Positions 1 to 8,345 of a stretch of DNA of 17,258 nucleotides are shown here, piece after piece (position 1 is the stretch's first letter; the number at the start of each line of letters is the position of its first letter). A program made the position numbers and the translations under genes. Below the pieces are notes generated by a model. That model was not told the DNA's origin and searched no databases. It saw only the letters and a program-made list of their open reading frames with translations. This DNA is from Candidatus Fervidifonticultor sextus. GTDB taxonomy: Bacteria > Sysuimicrobiota > Sysuimicrobiia > Sysuimicrobiales > Humicultoraceae. Location of the stretch: assembly GCA_031459875.1 (NCBI GenBank), contig JAVKHQ010000049.1, forward strand, positions 1-17,258, given 5' to 3'.

Positions 1-115
1 GCAAGGTTATTGGGAACACGCCCCAATCCCTCTTTCCAGCACCTGGAGCCGCGCCATTCGCGGGTTTCCCAACCGGAGCTGTCATGAGATCAGCTCAATT
101 GCCGCCGGATTCAGG
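1..115 (-). mobile_element. Probable terminal segment of a second insertion sequence (IS1380-like end) abutting or inserted in the IS3 remnant
   Basis: The minus strand from 115 reads CCTGAATCCGGCGGCAATTG..., resembling the CC(T)GAAT/CCTAGATT-type ends I recall for IS1380-family elements. It abuts an AT-rich site (ttaaaa), and IS3 orfA-like sequence begins abruptly there. No transposase is visible in the window. Confidence 0.35.
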
Positions 116-143
116 TTAAAAAAAACTTCTTGCGGCCGGTGCC

Positions 144-410
144 ATGAGCCGTGCGGAGCAAGTGAGGCGGGTGGCTCGGGTGGGGGGAGTTTCGCGTGAC
201 CGCCGCCTTGCGGGCCATCGGCTTGCCGCGGGCGACCTGGTACCGGCATCAACAGCGTCGGGCCTATGCGGACAAGTACGGGTACCTGCGAGAGGCGCTG
301 GAGCAGATCGCCCGCACCCATCCGGAGTATGGGTACCGGCGGGTCGCCGTGGAGTTGCCGCGGACCTGGGGACGGCCGGTGAACGCCAAGGTGCGACGGC
401 TCGCGAAGCC
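144..410 (+). pseudogene. IS3-family transposase OrfB, frameshifted and truncated
   Basis: MSRAEQVRRVARV (frame of 144) continues as EFRVTAALRAIGLPRATWY... in the frame of 196, with the shift in the G6 run at 182-187. The YGYRR motif is typical of IS3 OrfB. Confidence 0.75.
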
Positions 411-416
411 GCGAAA

Positions 417-442
417 GTGTCCACAAAACCGGGGCCGGTTCA
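417..442 (+). repeat. IS3-family right terminal inverted repeat (IRR)
   Basis: GTGTCCACAAAACCGGGGCCGGTTCA matches the IS3-family end pattern (5'-TG...CA-3'). The partner IRL is not in the window. Confidence 0.7.
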
Positions 443-475
443 TCTGTGAATACGCGACTGACACCCCCGAAGAAC

Positions 476-1030
476 CTATTTGCCGATCTCCCCCGCCAGG
501 ACCGGGGTCCCGGGCCGCGGGTCGTAGGTGCCACGGTTGCCGTCGGACTCCAGGGTGACCACCACAGCGTTGTACGGGACGAGCGTGTTGTCGAACTTGA
601 AGGCGCCGACATAGGTCCGGGTGCTCCCGGCGCGCAGGCGCAGGAGGCCTGTGCTCAACGCGTAGGGAATGTCCCGCGACAGCGCCGCGAACGCTTCGTT
701 GCCGAAGGCGACCCCATACTTCTGATCCTTGTCCGAAGCGTGCGACATTCCTGGACCGCCTTTCCGCCCCGCATCCACGAGCCAGCCCTCCAGGACCGAA
801 CCCGCTGGCAGTCTCGTCCCGGCGGCCAGCGTGACCGTGATCTTCACGCTGCCCTTTTCCACATAAACGTCCGCGAATCCCGTGGCCTGCTGCAGGCCCG
901 CGTTCTTGGCCAGCGGTGTGGGGGCCAGCTTCACCCGCTGCATCATCATCGCGGTGTGACCGGCCGTGGCACTGCCCAGCAGCCCAGCGAGCAGTAGCAC
1001 CGCCGCCGCGATACGCGCATTACCCCTCAT
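476..1030 (-). CDS. Secreted protein with an anti-sigma-K (RskA) C-terminal-like domain
   Basis: 184 aa with a GGAGG RBS upstream and a Sec-type signal (MRGNARIAAAVLLLAGLLGSATA). The motifs LEGWLVD and AVVVTLE-x-DG...P-x-PGTPVLAGEI resemble the RskA C-terminal domain. Confidence 0.65.
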   Translation of the reverse strand: MRGNARIAAAVLLLAGLLGSATAGHTAMMMQRVKLAPTPLAKNAGLQQATGFADVYVEKGSVKITVTLAAGTRLPAGSVLEGWLVDAGRKGGPGMSHASDKDQKYGVAFGNEAFAALSRDIPYALSTGLLRLRAGSTRTYVGAFKFDNTLVPYNAVVVTLESDGNRGTYDPRPGTPVLAGEIGK

Positions 1031-1077
1031 GGGCCATCCTCCCCTTCCGATGCCGTTTGCCGAGTCCGGCTGTCCCG

Positions 1078-1131
1078 AGGGTAGCCGGGCGATGTTAAAG
1101 CCTCACAAACACCTCGTAAAGAAATCATGAA
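1078..1131 (-). promoter_or_regulatory. Putative OmpR/PhoB-family tandem operator plus -10 element
   Basis: Minus-strand hexamers TTCATG, TTTACG, TTTGTG and TTAACA occur at exact 11-bp periodicity (1131-1093). TACCCT (1083-1078) follows 9 bp later, upstream of the 1030 start. Confidence 0.5.
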
Positions 1132-1306
1132 TGAAGCGAGACGCCGCCCCATCGGAGACGACAAGGAATTGGCCCGGTCCCCGGTCGGGCGAGTCTGGTT
1201 GCATGCTGTGCCTCTGCAAGTGGAAGACTGAGAGATGGATCAGCGGATCGTCTGTTCCGCGTATTCCCCCGCGCAGCAGGATTGCATGGCCGATATTCCT
1301 GGTGAG

Positions 1307-1683
1307 ATGGCGCGCATCGGAACGAAGCGTCTGGGCGATCGAGGTGAGGTCGCCGCGGCAGCCTGGCTGGTCGCACACGGCTACGAGGTGCTCGACCGCA
1401 ACGTCCGGACGCGGTTTGGTGAGTTGACCTGGTGGTCCGCCGCGGTGATCTGGTAGTCTTCGTGGAGCCGACGAGCCGAACGGGAAGCGGGTTTGGTCAT
1501 CCCGCTGAGGCCGACGCGGTGTCGAAGCGGCGCCGGATTGCGTGACTGGCGGTCGCGTATCTGGTGGCCCGCGGGCTGGACCGGTGTGCGGTGCGGTTCG
1601 ACGTCCTCGCGGTCCTGGTAAGGCGCGCAGGCGGGGTGGTGCAGATCGAGCACATTTCTGACGCGTTTCGAGTGACGAGGTAG
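1307..1683 (+). pseudogene. yraN: YraN (UPF0102) family endonuclease-like pseudogene
   Basis: LGDRGEVAAAAWL...GYEVLDRNVRTRFGE is followed by a 1-nt deletion at about 1424-1425. The shifted frame reads DLVVRRGDLVVFVEPTSR...FGHPAEA...KRRRIA*(TGA 1543-1545)LAVAYL...VRFDVLAV...IEHISDAF, ending at TAG 1681-1683. Confidence 0.9.
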
Positions 1684-1718
1684 CCGGCACAGGCGTTCCC
1701 GGGAGTGGAGGCAGACAG

Positions 1719-2210
1719 GTGAGCGCCCAGGACATCTACAACTACCGCAGGGTCGACGACCAGATCATCACGGGCGGACAGCCGACCGCAACCCAACTGC
1801 GCGCCGCGGCGGCGGAAGGCGTGGCCATCGTGATCAACCTGGCCACGCTCGACTCACCGTCCGCGCTCGAGGACGAAGCGGAACTGGTGCGCGCCCTGGG
1901 CATGACCTACCATCACATCCCGGTGGTGTGGGAGCACCCGACGGAGGCCGACTTCAAGGCGTTCGAACAGGTCATGAACGCGCGTCCTTCGGTGAAGACG
2001 CTCATCCACTGCGCGGCCAACTACCGCGTCACGGCGTTCTTCTCGCTCTATGCCATGAAGCACCTGGGGTGGTCCGAGGCCCGCGCCGATGCGTTCCGCA
2101 CCTCGATCTGGCAGGGGAGTGACTATCCGGCGTGGGAGCGATTCGTCGCCCGGATGAAGGCCAGGCTGGCGGGATCAGACACGCCCTCGCCCGACTCGCC
2201 TAGCGGGTAG
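1719..2210 (+). CDS. Protein-tyrosine-phosphatase-like protein (CX5R; DUF442/BLH-phosphatase-like)
   Basis: GTG start with GGAGG RBS (1706-1710). Motifs include TGGQP, VINLA, YHHIPV and the P-loop HCAANYR. Confidence 0.85.
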   Translation: MSAQDIYNYRRVDDQIITGGQPTATQLRAAAAEGVAIVINLATLDSPSALEDEAELVRALGMTYHHIPVVWEHPTEADFKAFEQVMNARPSVKTLIHCAANYRVTAFFSLYAMKHLGWSEARADAFRTSIWQGSDYPAWERFVARMKARLAGSDTPSPDSPSG

Positions 2211-2398
2211 GCGCCGGGGCCGGGTGCGCCAACAGCGCGTCGATGAGCCGCTCAGCGGCCTCTGTTCCCTGCCGAATGCAATCCGGGATCCCGATCCCCC
2301 TACACTACGTCCAAACAGGACATCCAGACCTCACAGGAACCGCCCGGAAGGCCAAAGAAGAGTGGAGGCGCACCCGAGATTCGACCCCTGAGGGATCC

Positions 2399-4057
2399 GT
2401 GGTCGCTTCCGTCGAGTTCGAACAGATGGCGCACGGCTTTCTGGCCGACTACCTGGAGTTCTACCCGACCCTCGGTGCGAGCGCGGGACTCCACCTCTAC
2501 GACGGCCGGGCCGGGGACTACTCGCCTCAGTCCATTGACGCCTGGCTCCGGACGCTGGACGGGTGGGCCCGCCGCTTCGCCGCCCTGGAACCCTTCGCCG
2601 CCCTGGAAGCCGGCCACCGCACGGGTCAGGCGGCCCTGGACGCCGCGCTGATGGAGCAGGCGATCGAGCACGAGCGGTTCCGCTGGACGGTGCTGCGCGA
2701 CCACGAGTGGAATCCCATCGGGTGGAGCGGCCTCTTCGATGTTGCGGCCTACCTCAAGCGCAACTATGCCCCGCTGCATGAACGCGTGCGCGCCATGACC
2801 AGTCACCTGGAAGACATCCCGCGGGTCGCAGAGGAGATGCGCGGTCACCTGAGGGAGCCGCTGGCCCTGCCCGTCGTCGAGACGGCTCAGGATGTCTTCG
2901 AGGGTTATCTCGCCTTCTACACCATGGATCTGCCACGCCAGCTCGGCGACCGGCTCGACCCGCCCCTGAGGAGGCGGCTCGACGGAGCGGTGGCGGCGGC
3001 CGCCGACGCGATCCGCCGCGTCTGCGGATTCCTGGACGAGGCGCGCGGCCGCGCCACCCAGGCCATCGCCATCGGCGAGCCCGCGTTGCTGGCGATGCTG
3101 CGCTCCGGTGAGATGGTTGACGTCCCTCTGGACCGCCTGCTGGCGCTGGGCGAAGCCGAGTTGGCCCGCCTGCACGAGGACGTGCGCGAGGCGGCGGCGC
3201 AGGTCGATCCGAAAGCCACGCCCCGCGAGGTGATGGCGCGTCTGGGCCGGGAGCACCCGTCGGAAGAAACCCTCATCCCTGAGGCTCGGGCGATGCTGGA
3301 GGACCTCCGCCATTTCCTGGTCGAGCGGGAGATCGTCACGCTGCCAGACGTCCGACCCCTGGTCGAGGAGACGCCGCCCTTTGCCCGCTGGGCGTTCGCC
3401 ATGATGGACACCGTCGGGCCGTTTGAGGAGGTCGCCACCGAGTCATACTACTACATCACTTTGCCGGATCCGGACTGGCCGCCGGAGCGGCGCGAGGAGT
3501 GGCTGACGAAGTTCGACTACGCCACGCTCAAGACCGTCAGCATCCACGAGGCCTACCCCGGGCACTTCGTGCACTTCATGCACGTGAGGGGCGCGCCTTC
3601 GATGGCGGCCAAGATCCTCACTGCCTACTCGTTTGTCGAGGGCTGGGCCCATTACTGCGAGGAGATGATGCTGGAAGCCGGCGTGGACACCGGCGTGAAG
3701 TTCCGCCTGGCCTGCCTCGGCGAGGCCCTGGTGCGCCAGGTGCGCTACCTGGCGGCCATCCACATGCATGCGGGAGGGATGACCGTCGATCAGGCCGCGA
3801 AGATGTTCGAAGAGCAGGCTTTCATGGAACCGCTGCCGGCCCGCAAGGAGGCCGTGCGGGGGACCTTCGACCCCGGCTACCTCAACTACACGCTGGGCAA
3901 GTTCATGATCCGCCGGCTGCGCGACGACTACCAGGCCGAGCGGGGGTCGGCCTTCAGGCTGCGCGAGTTCCACGACCGCCTCATCGGGCTGGGCGCGCCG
4001 CCGTTGCCGCTGGCCCGGCAGGCCCTGTTGGAGCGCAGCGACGGCCCGGGGCTGTAG
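2399..4057 (+). CDS. DUF885 domain protein (putative zinc metallopeptidase)
   Basis: Motifs HEAYPGH, FVEGWAHYCE, YLNYTLGK and FRLREFHD. The GTG at 2399 after GAGGGA is preferred to the 2243 start in the ORF track. No signal peptide is apparent. Confidence 0.9.
   Translation: MVASVEFEQMAHGFLADYLEFYPTLGASAGLHLYDGRAGDYSPQSIDAWLRTLDGWARRFAALEPFAALEAGHRTGQAALDAALMEQAIEHERFRWTVLRDHEWNPIGWSGLFDVAAYLKRNYAPLHERVRAMTSHLEDIPRVAEEMRGHLREPLALPVVETAQDVFEGYLAFYTMDLPRQLGDRLDPPLRRRLDGAVAAAADAIRRVCGFLDEARGRATQAIAIGEPALLAMLRSGEMVDVPLDRLLALGEAELARLHEDVREAAAQVDPKATPREVMARLGREHPSEETLIPEARAMLEDLRHFLVEREIVTLPDVRPLVEETPPFARWAFAMMDTVGPFEEVATESYYYITLPDPDWPPERREEWLTKFDYATLKTVSIHEAYPGHFVHFMHVRGAPSMAAKILTAYSFVEGWAHYCEEMMLEAGVDTGVKFRLACLGEALVRQVRYLAAIHMHAGGMTVDQAAKMFEEQAFMEPLPARKEAVRGTFDPGYLNYTLGKFMIRRLRDDYQAERGSAFRLREFHDRLIGLGAPPLPLARQALLERSDGPGL
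2575..2610 (+). repeat. In-frame 18-bp tandem duplication within DUF885
   Basis: cttcgccgccctggaacc / cttcgccgccctggaagc (17/18 identical), encoding FAALEP-FAALEA. Confidence 0.8.
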
Positions 4058-4113
4058 CGCGATTCCGGGCTCACCGGTCCCCGGAAAGAAACGCTGCGGT
4101 ATCCAGGCCGTGC

Positions 4114-4884
4114 CTACTCCGGCGGCTTGTCCTTCTGACGGGCGGCCCGCAGCGCCTCGGCCTTGGCGCGGGCGAGCGCCAGGCGTTCCTCGCGGCTCAG
4201 GGATTCGGGGTCGACGGCGGGGGCGGGCATCGCGGGACCGGCCGGCGTTGCGGCGGGCGCGGGTGGGGAGGGAACCGCCGCCGCAGGGCTCTGCACAGCC
4301 GGCGCGGCGGCGGCAACCGGGGCGGTCTTGATCTGGGCACCAGCGGCCGGCGCCCTGGCCGCGGCTTCGCGGGCCAGTTCGGTGGTCCGCGGCGGGCGCG
4401 CCTCTTCGACGCCCAGGAAGTCCGCGGTCAGGTGCCGCGTCAGCAGGTCGGAGATCTCGGTCAGCCTGGCCGTATCGCCGGCCATCGCCGCCTCAATCAC
4501 GGCACGGTCCACCCGGTAGGACTCCAGGCGCTTCCCGTCGCTGAACTGCACCAGCGGGTGGCCCTTGGAGTCCTCCAGGACAATTGTGCGCACGGTCTCG
4601 GTGAGCTTCAGGCGCCGGAGCACATCGGCGGCCGTGCGCGCGACCCACTCGCGCTTGGCGTCGAGTCGCTGGCCGGGGCCTGGCAGGATCGTCTCGGCCA
4701 CGGTGCGGCCGGCCAGCGGGTTCGGGTCGAGGAGTGCGGCCTTCTGCCCCGCGCGCTTCTTGCGGGCCTCCTCGGTGACGGTCGCCAGGATGTCGAGCAG
4801 CGCCACCAGGACGGCAAAGAAGTAGAAGACGAAGACCGCCAGCGTCAGCGACCAGTAGCGCAGGAAGGGTTTCAGGAAATCCAT
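4114..4884 (-). CDS. Hypothetical membrane-anchored protein with an Ala/Pro-rich linker
   Basis: 256 aa with a GGGAGG RBS. It has an N-terminal hydrophobic helix (WSLTLAVFVFYFFAVLVALLDIL), a central globular-looking region, an Ala/Pro linker and a charged C-terminal helix. Confidence 0.8.
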   Translation of the reverse strand: MDFLKPFLRYWSLTLAVFVFYFFAVLVALLDILATVTEEARKKRAGQKAALLDPNPLAGRTVAETILPGPGQRLDAKREWVARTAADVLRRLKLTETVRTIVLEDSKGHPLVQFSDGKRLESYRVDRAVIEAAMAGDTARLTEISDLLTRHLTADFLGVEEARPPRTTELAREAAARAPAAGAQIKTAPVAAAAPAVQSPAAAVPSPPAPAATPAGPAMPAPAVDPESLSREERLALARAKAEALRAARQKDKPPE

Positions 4885-4943
4885 AGGTTACCCTCCCTAT
4901 TTGGTCGCATCGCGCGGGTGTTCCTGCCGTTTCGGTGACGGCC

Positions 4944-5567
4944 TCACGACGGGGCCGACCCCCCACCGGTCCGGACCAGCGACGCCAGGTAGTCGCGCGC
5001 GGCGGCCAGGGCCCGCGCCCGGTGGCTGATCTGGTTCTTGATCTCCGGCGGCAGTTCGGCCATCGTGCGGGCGTAGGCCGGGACGATGAAGATGGGATCG
5101 TATCCGAATCCGCCTTCGCCCCGGGGCTCCTCCGCGATCCGCCCCTCGCAGGCGCCTTCGAAGGTTCGCACGGTGCCGTCGGGCGTCGCGACCGCCACGA
5201 CCGCGCGGTAGCGCGCCGTGCGCAGCCCTTCGGGCACCCCGCGGAGCCGGCCCAGGACCCAGGCGTTTCGGTCGTCATCGGTCGCCGTCGGGCCGAGAAA
5301 GGTGGCCGAGTCCACCCCGGGGGCACCGCCCAGGGCGTCCACCTCCAGGCCCGAGTCGTCGGCCAGCGCGATGCACCCCGTGAGGCGGGCGACGGCAGCG
5401 GCCTTGCTGATGGCGTTCGCCTCGAACGTGCGGCCGATCTCCGGCAGCGGCGGGATGTCGGGGTAGTCGTCCAGGGTCCGCACCCGTACCGGGAGGTCCG
5501 CCAGCAGCGCCTCCAGTTCGCGGACTTTTCCGCGGTTGCGGGTCGCCAGGACGATGGCGTCGGCCAT
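4944..5567 (-). CDS. rdgB: XTP/dITP diphosphatase (Ham1/RdgB)
   Basis: MADAIVLATRNRGKVRE, ADDSGLEVDALGGAPGV, GFGYDPIF and KNQISHRARA. It lies directly downstream of rph. Confidence 0.95.
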   Translation of the reverse strand: MADAIVLATRNRGKVRELEALLADLPVRVRTLDDYPDIPPLPEIGRTFEANAISKAAAVARLTGCIALADDSGLEVDALGGAPGVDSATFLGPTATDDDRNAWVLGRLRGVPEGLRTARYRAVVAVATPDGTVRTFEGACEGRIAEEPRGEGGFGYDPIFIVPAYARTMAELPPEIKNQISHRARALAAARDYLASLVRTGGGSAPS

Positions 5568-5575
5568 GCAGGCCG

Positions 5576-6310
5576 CTAGCGGGGCAGGGTCGCCAGCACG
5601 TCGGCCAGCGCGGCCTTCTGCGCCGCGACCAGCGCGCGCACTCCTTTCTCCCCCAGGGTGAGCAGCGTGAGCAACTCCTGGCGGGAGTACGGTGCCCCCT
5701 CGGCGGTACCCTGCAGTTCGACGATCCGGCCCGACTCGGTCAGCACCAGGTTGAGGTCCACCCGCGCCCGCGAGTCCTCGGCGTAGGTGAGGTCGAGGAG
5801 CATCTCGTCGCCCACGATCCCGACGCTGGTGGCAGCCACGAACTCGCGCAGCGGCCACCAGGCCAGTGCTCCGCTGCGGCGCAGCACGACCAGGGCGTCC
5901 ACCAGTGCGACCATCGCGCCGGTCACAGACGCCGTCCGCGTGCCGCCGTCGGCCTGGAGGACATCGCAGTCGAGGGTGATGGTCCGCTCGCCCAGCTTCT
6001 GGAGGTCTGTCGTCGACCGCAGGGACCGGCCGATCATGCGCTGGATCTCCTGGATCCGCCCTCCCTGCCGCGCAGGGTCGCGGGGGCTGCGTTCGTGGGT
6101 CGAGCGCGGCAGCATGCCGTACTCGGCGGTGATCCATCCCTGGCCGGCGCCGCGGAGCCAGGGCGGCACCCGCTCCTCCACCGTAGCGGTGCACACCACG
6201 CGCGTCTGGCCCAGCGTGATGAGCACCGAGCCCTCGGCGTGGGGAATGAAGTGCCGGACGATCTCGACCGGCCGCAGGTCATCGGGCTGGCGGCCATCGG
6301 CTCTCGGCAT
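5576..6310 (-). CDS. rph: Ribonuclease PH
   Basis: [60 protein letters not shown] and ELQGTAE. An AGGAG RBS is present. Confidence 0.97.
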   Translation of the reverse strand: MPRADGRQPDDLRPVEIVRHFIPHAEGSVLITLGQTRVVCTATVEERVPPWLRGAGQGWITAEYGMLPRSTHERSPRDPARQGGRIQEIQRMIGRSLRSTTDLQKLGERTITLDCDVLQADGGTRTASVTGAMVALVDALVVLRRSGALAWWPLREFVAATSVGIVGDEMLLDLTYAEDSRARVDLNLVLTESGRIVELQGTAEGAPYSRQELLTLLTLGEKGVRALVAAQKAALADVLATLPR

Positions 6311-6397
6311 GGACGGCTCCTGGCGTCGCGGACTGCCGGTGTGTTTCGGGGCCGCGGCGGAGGACTCCTGGAATCCGGGGGCCGGCGGGGGCGGGGA

Positions 6398-8206
6398 TCA
6401 GGAGGCCGGGACCGGGTAGACGGCCAGGAAGCGCTGGATCGCCCGGGAGATCGCCTCGGCCAGGCGCTGGCGGAAGGCCTGCTGGCGCAGCCGGGCCTCC
6501 TCGTCCGGGTTGGAGATGTAGGCCACCTCGACCAGCACGGCCGGCACGGGGCTGTCGCGCAGGACCAGGAAGTTAGCCGTCTTGATGCCGCGGTTGGCCA
6601 GACCGGGGATGCGTCCCAGTTCTTCCTGCATCATCTGGGCGAGGACCAGGCTCTGCGGCGTGAGGTAGTAGGTCTCCGACCCGTTGGAAGCCGGCCGCGT
6701 GGACGCATTGGCGTGGATGCTCACGAAGACCGACGCACCCTGCTCCCTGGCCATCCGCGGGCGGTCGGGCAGGTCCACGAAGATATCCGTCTCGCGCGTC
6801 ATGACCACCCGGACCCCGGCGCGGACGAGGACCTCGCGGACGCGCCGGGCGATGTCGAGGACGACGTCCTTCTCCAGCAGCCCGGTCGGCCCGATGGCCC
6901 CGGTGTCCTTGCCGCCGTGGCCCGCGTCAATGGCCACCACATGAGCGCCCTGCCGCGGTTCGGGAATCTCCACGACGATCACGCTGGCGCCCTCGGGCGA
7001 GGGGGCGACCGTGTAGGCGGCCCTGCGCCTCAGTTCCACCACCACCCGCGTGATGAGGGGATCGGTCTGGAACTGCGCCGCACGGACCTCACTCACCACC
7101 GGACTCGTCACCGGGATCTCCTGCTTGACCGGGACGAAGATCGCGCCGGCCACGTCGATCACCACGCGGTCGGGATCCGGCAACTCGCGCACGGTGTACT
7201 CCAGCGGCATCGTGCCTTCGATGAGGACCCGGAACCGCGAGCCAGGCTGCTCGACCCGGACCTGGAGCACCCGCGGGAGGCCGTCGTCGGGGATGGGCTC
7301 GGGGGCAGCCACGCCGGGCGGGAGCGGAACCGGGGCGTGGGCGTCCGGGCCGGCGTCTTGGGGCGCGCCCGGCGGGAGGGGGCCCGCGCCGCTGGCGGCC
7401 GTCGGCACCTGGAGGGGAGGATTCGGCGCCGGGGCGGCGACGGGCGGAGGCGGCGCCTGCACCGCCGGAGCCCCGCGCGGCCGGACCTCCAGCGTCAGGA
7501 TGAAGGAGTCGGCCGCGGCCACCACGCGCGACTCGGCAGGACCCATCAGGTCGAACACGACCCGGGTGACGTACGGCTTGATCTGGAACTGCCCGGCGCG
7601 CACGCGCGCCACGCCGGCCTCGCCCACCGGTACGTCCTGGTCGGTCAACCGGAAGGCGCCGCCGTGCAGATCCACGACGAGGCGGTCGGGGCCTGACAGC
7701 ACCCGCGTCTCGGCCCGCAGGGGCCCGGTGGCGTCCACGACGACCCGCACCGCGCCGTCTTCGCGGCGCACCGCCAGGCCGGTGATCTGGGAAGCCACGT
7801 GCAGCGTCCTGGAAGGCTGGTCGAAGCGTACCCAGGCTCCGAGCAGCATGAAGACCGGATGCGCGGGGACATAGGGCACCTCGCCGATTATGACCGGCGG
7901 GGTCGGCAACGGTCGCGCCACGCCGCTGACCTGCGCGGTGGTCTCGCCGATCCGCAGCCGGATCACCAGCCCGGTGCGGTTGGTGATCAGGATCGCGCGA
8001 TCAGCCGGCTGCCAGACGGCCGCGGCGCCGAAGGCCTCAAACACGCGAATCGCCGGGATCATGACCTGCCCCGCCTGCATCACCGCAGGCGCGGCCAGTC
8101 CGACCGGCGATCCGTTGACGACCACCTGGATGCCCGGTTGTCCCGCGGCGGGCGCGACGCCGGCCGCCAGGACCACGAGCAGCATCCACAGGATCAGATT
8201 CCGCAC
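6398..8206 (-). CDS. N-acetylmuramoyl-L-alanine amidase (signal peptide, copper-amine-oxidase-N/stalk domain, two AMIN domains, Amidase_3)
   Basis: The GTG at 8206 gives the signal peptide MRNLILWMLLVVLAAGVAPAAG. Two AMIN-like units (PDRLVVDL...VRAGQF...TRVVFDL; PDRVVIDV...VRAAQF...TRVVVEL) are separated by a Pro-rich linker. Catalytic motifs are IDAGHGG, EKDVVL, SIHANA and LVEVAYISN. Confidence 0.93.
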   Translation of the reverse strand: MRNLILWMLLVVLAAGVAPAAGQPGIQVVVNGSPVGLAAPAVMQAGQVMIPAIRVFEAFGAAAVWQPADRAILITNRTGLVIRLRIGETTAQVSGVARPLPTPPVIIGEVPYVPAHPVFMLLGAWVRFDQPSRTLHVASQITGLAVRREDGAVRVVVDATGPLRAETRVLSGPDRLVVDLHGGAFRLTDQDVPVGEAGVARVRAGQFQIKPYVTRVVFDLMGPAESRVVAAADSFILTLEVRPRGAPAVQAPPPPVAAPAPNPPLQVPTAASGAGPLPPGAPQDAGPDAHAPVPLPPGVAAPEPIPDDGLPRVLQVRVEQPGSRFRVLIEGTMPLEYTVRELPDPDRVVIDVAGAIFVPVKQEIPVTSPVVSEVRAAQFQTDPLITRVVVELRRRAAYTVAPSPEGASVIVVEIPEPRQGAHVVAIDAGHGGKDTGAIGPTGLLEKDVVLDIARRVREVLVRAGVRVVMTRETDIFVDLPDRPRMAREQGASVFVSIHANASTRPASNGSETYYLTPQSLVLAQMMQEELGRIPGLANRGIKTANFLVLRDSPVPAVLVEVAYISNPDEEARLRQQAFRQRLAEAISRAIQRFLAVYPVPAS

Positions 8207-8283
8207 GCCGCACCCCGTTCGGTGCGCTGACCACCCTCCCCCTCGTCTAGCATTCCCTCCGGCATCTCCCGCAAGTCCGCTCA

Positions 8284-8324
8284 ATTCGGCCCCCCGGGGG
8301 GAACTCCTGCCCCGCCGGGCGAAG
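8284..8324. promoter_or_regulatory. Overlapping divergent sigma-H/ECF-like promoter motifs
   Basis: Minus strand: CAGGA-N17-GAAT (8309-8284) toward the amidase. Plus strand: GGGA-N18-GAAG (8299-8324) toward the LLM gene. Confidence 0.45.
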
Positions 8325-8345
8325 AGGCCCGCGGGGGGAGTGCCG

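Larger units (their letters stand above)
116..442 (+). mobile_element. Internally deleted IS3-family insertion sequence remnant
   Basis: orfA-like C-terminus KKNFLRPVP* lies over an A8C slippery run (118-126), with an ATGA orfA/orfB overlap (144-147). The orfB N-terminal HTH-like region (RATWYRH...HPEYGYRRVAVEL...VNAKVRRL) is followed directly by an IS3-type right end finishing in CA at 442. No DDE integrase core is present. Confidence 0.8.

Noticed and set aside
1543..1545. In-frame TGA in yraN as selenocysteine or recoding
   Set aside because: The position looks like a CGA(Arg)-to-TGA change, the gene has other lesions, and TGA is a normal stop elsewhere in the window (rdgB, amidase, phoD).
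2211..2334. Short palindromes (GCCGCT-C-AGCGGC, CGGGATCCCG) in the intergenic region
   Set aside because: They are short and GC-rich, as expected by chance. No ORF or RNA family was recognised.
4063..4088. Hairpin TTCCGGG...CCCGGAA between convergent genes as an intrinsic terminator
   Set aside because: There is no U-tract 3' of the stem on either strand, so it is possible but unsupported.
4944..6194. 416-aa ORF suggesting an extended RdgB or an Rph-RdgB fusion
   Set aside because: The extension is an off-frame read of rph. rph stops at 5576 and RdgB homology starts at ATG 5567.
6095..7696. Long alternative-frame or antisense ORFs (also 3499..4938, 8247..9785, 9164..10765, 15563..17104)
   Set aside because: They overlap well-supported genes, are Arg/Gly/Pro-rich and lack motifs. 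They are typical shadow ORFs of high-GC DNA.
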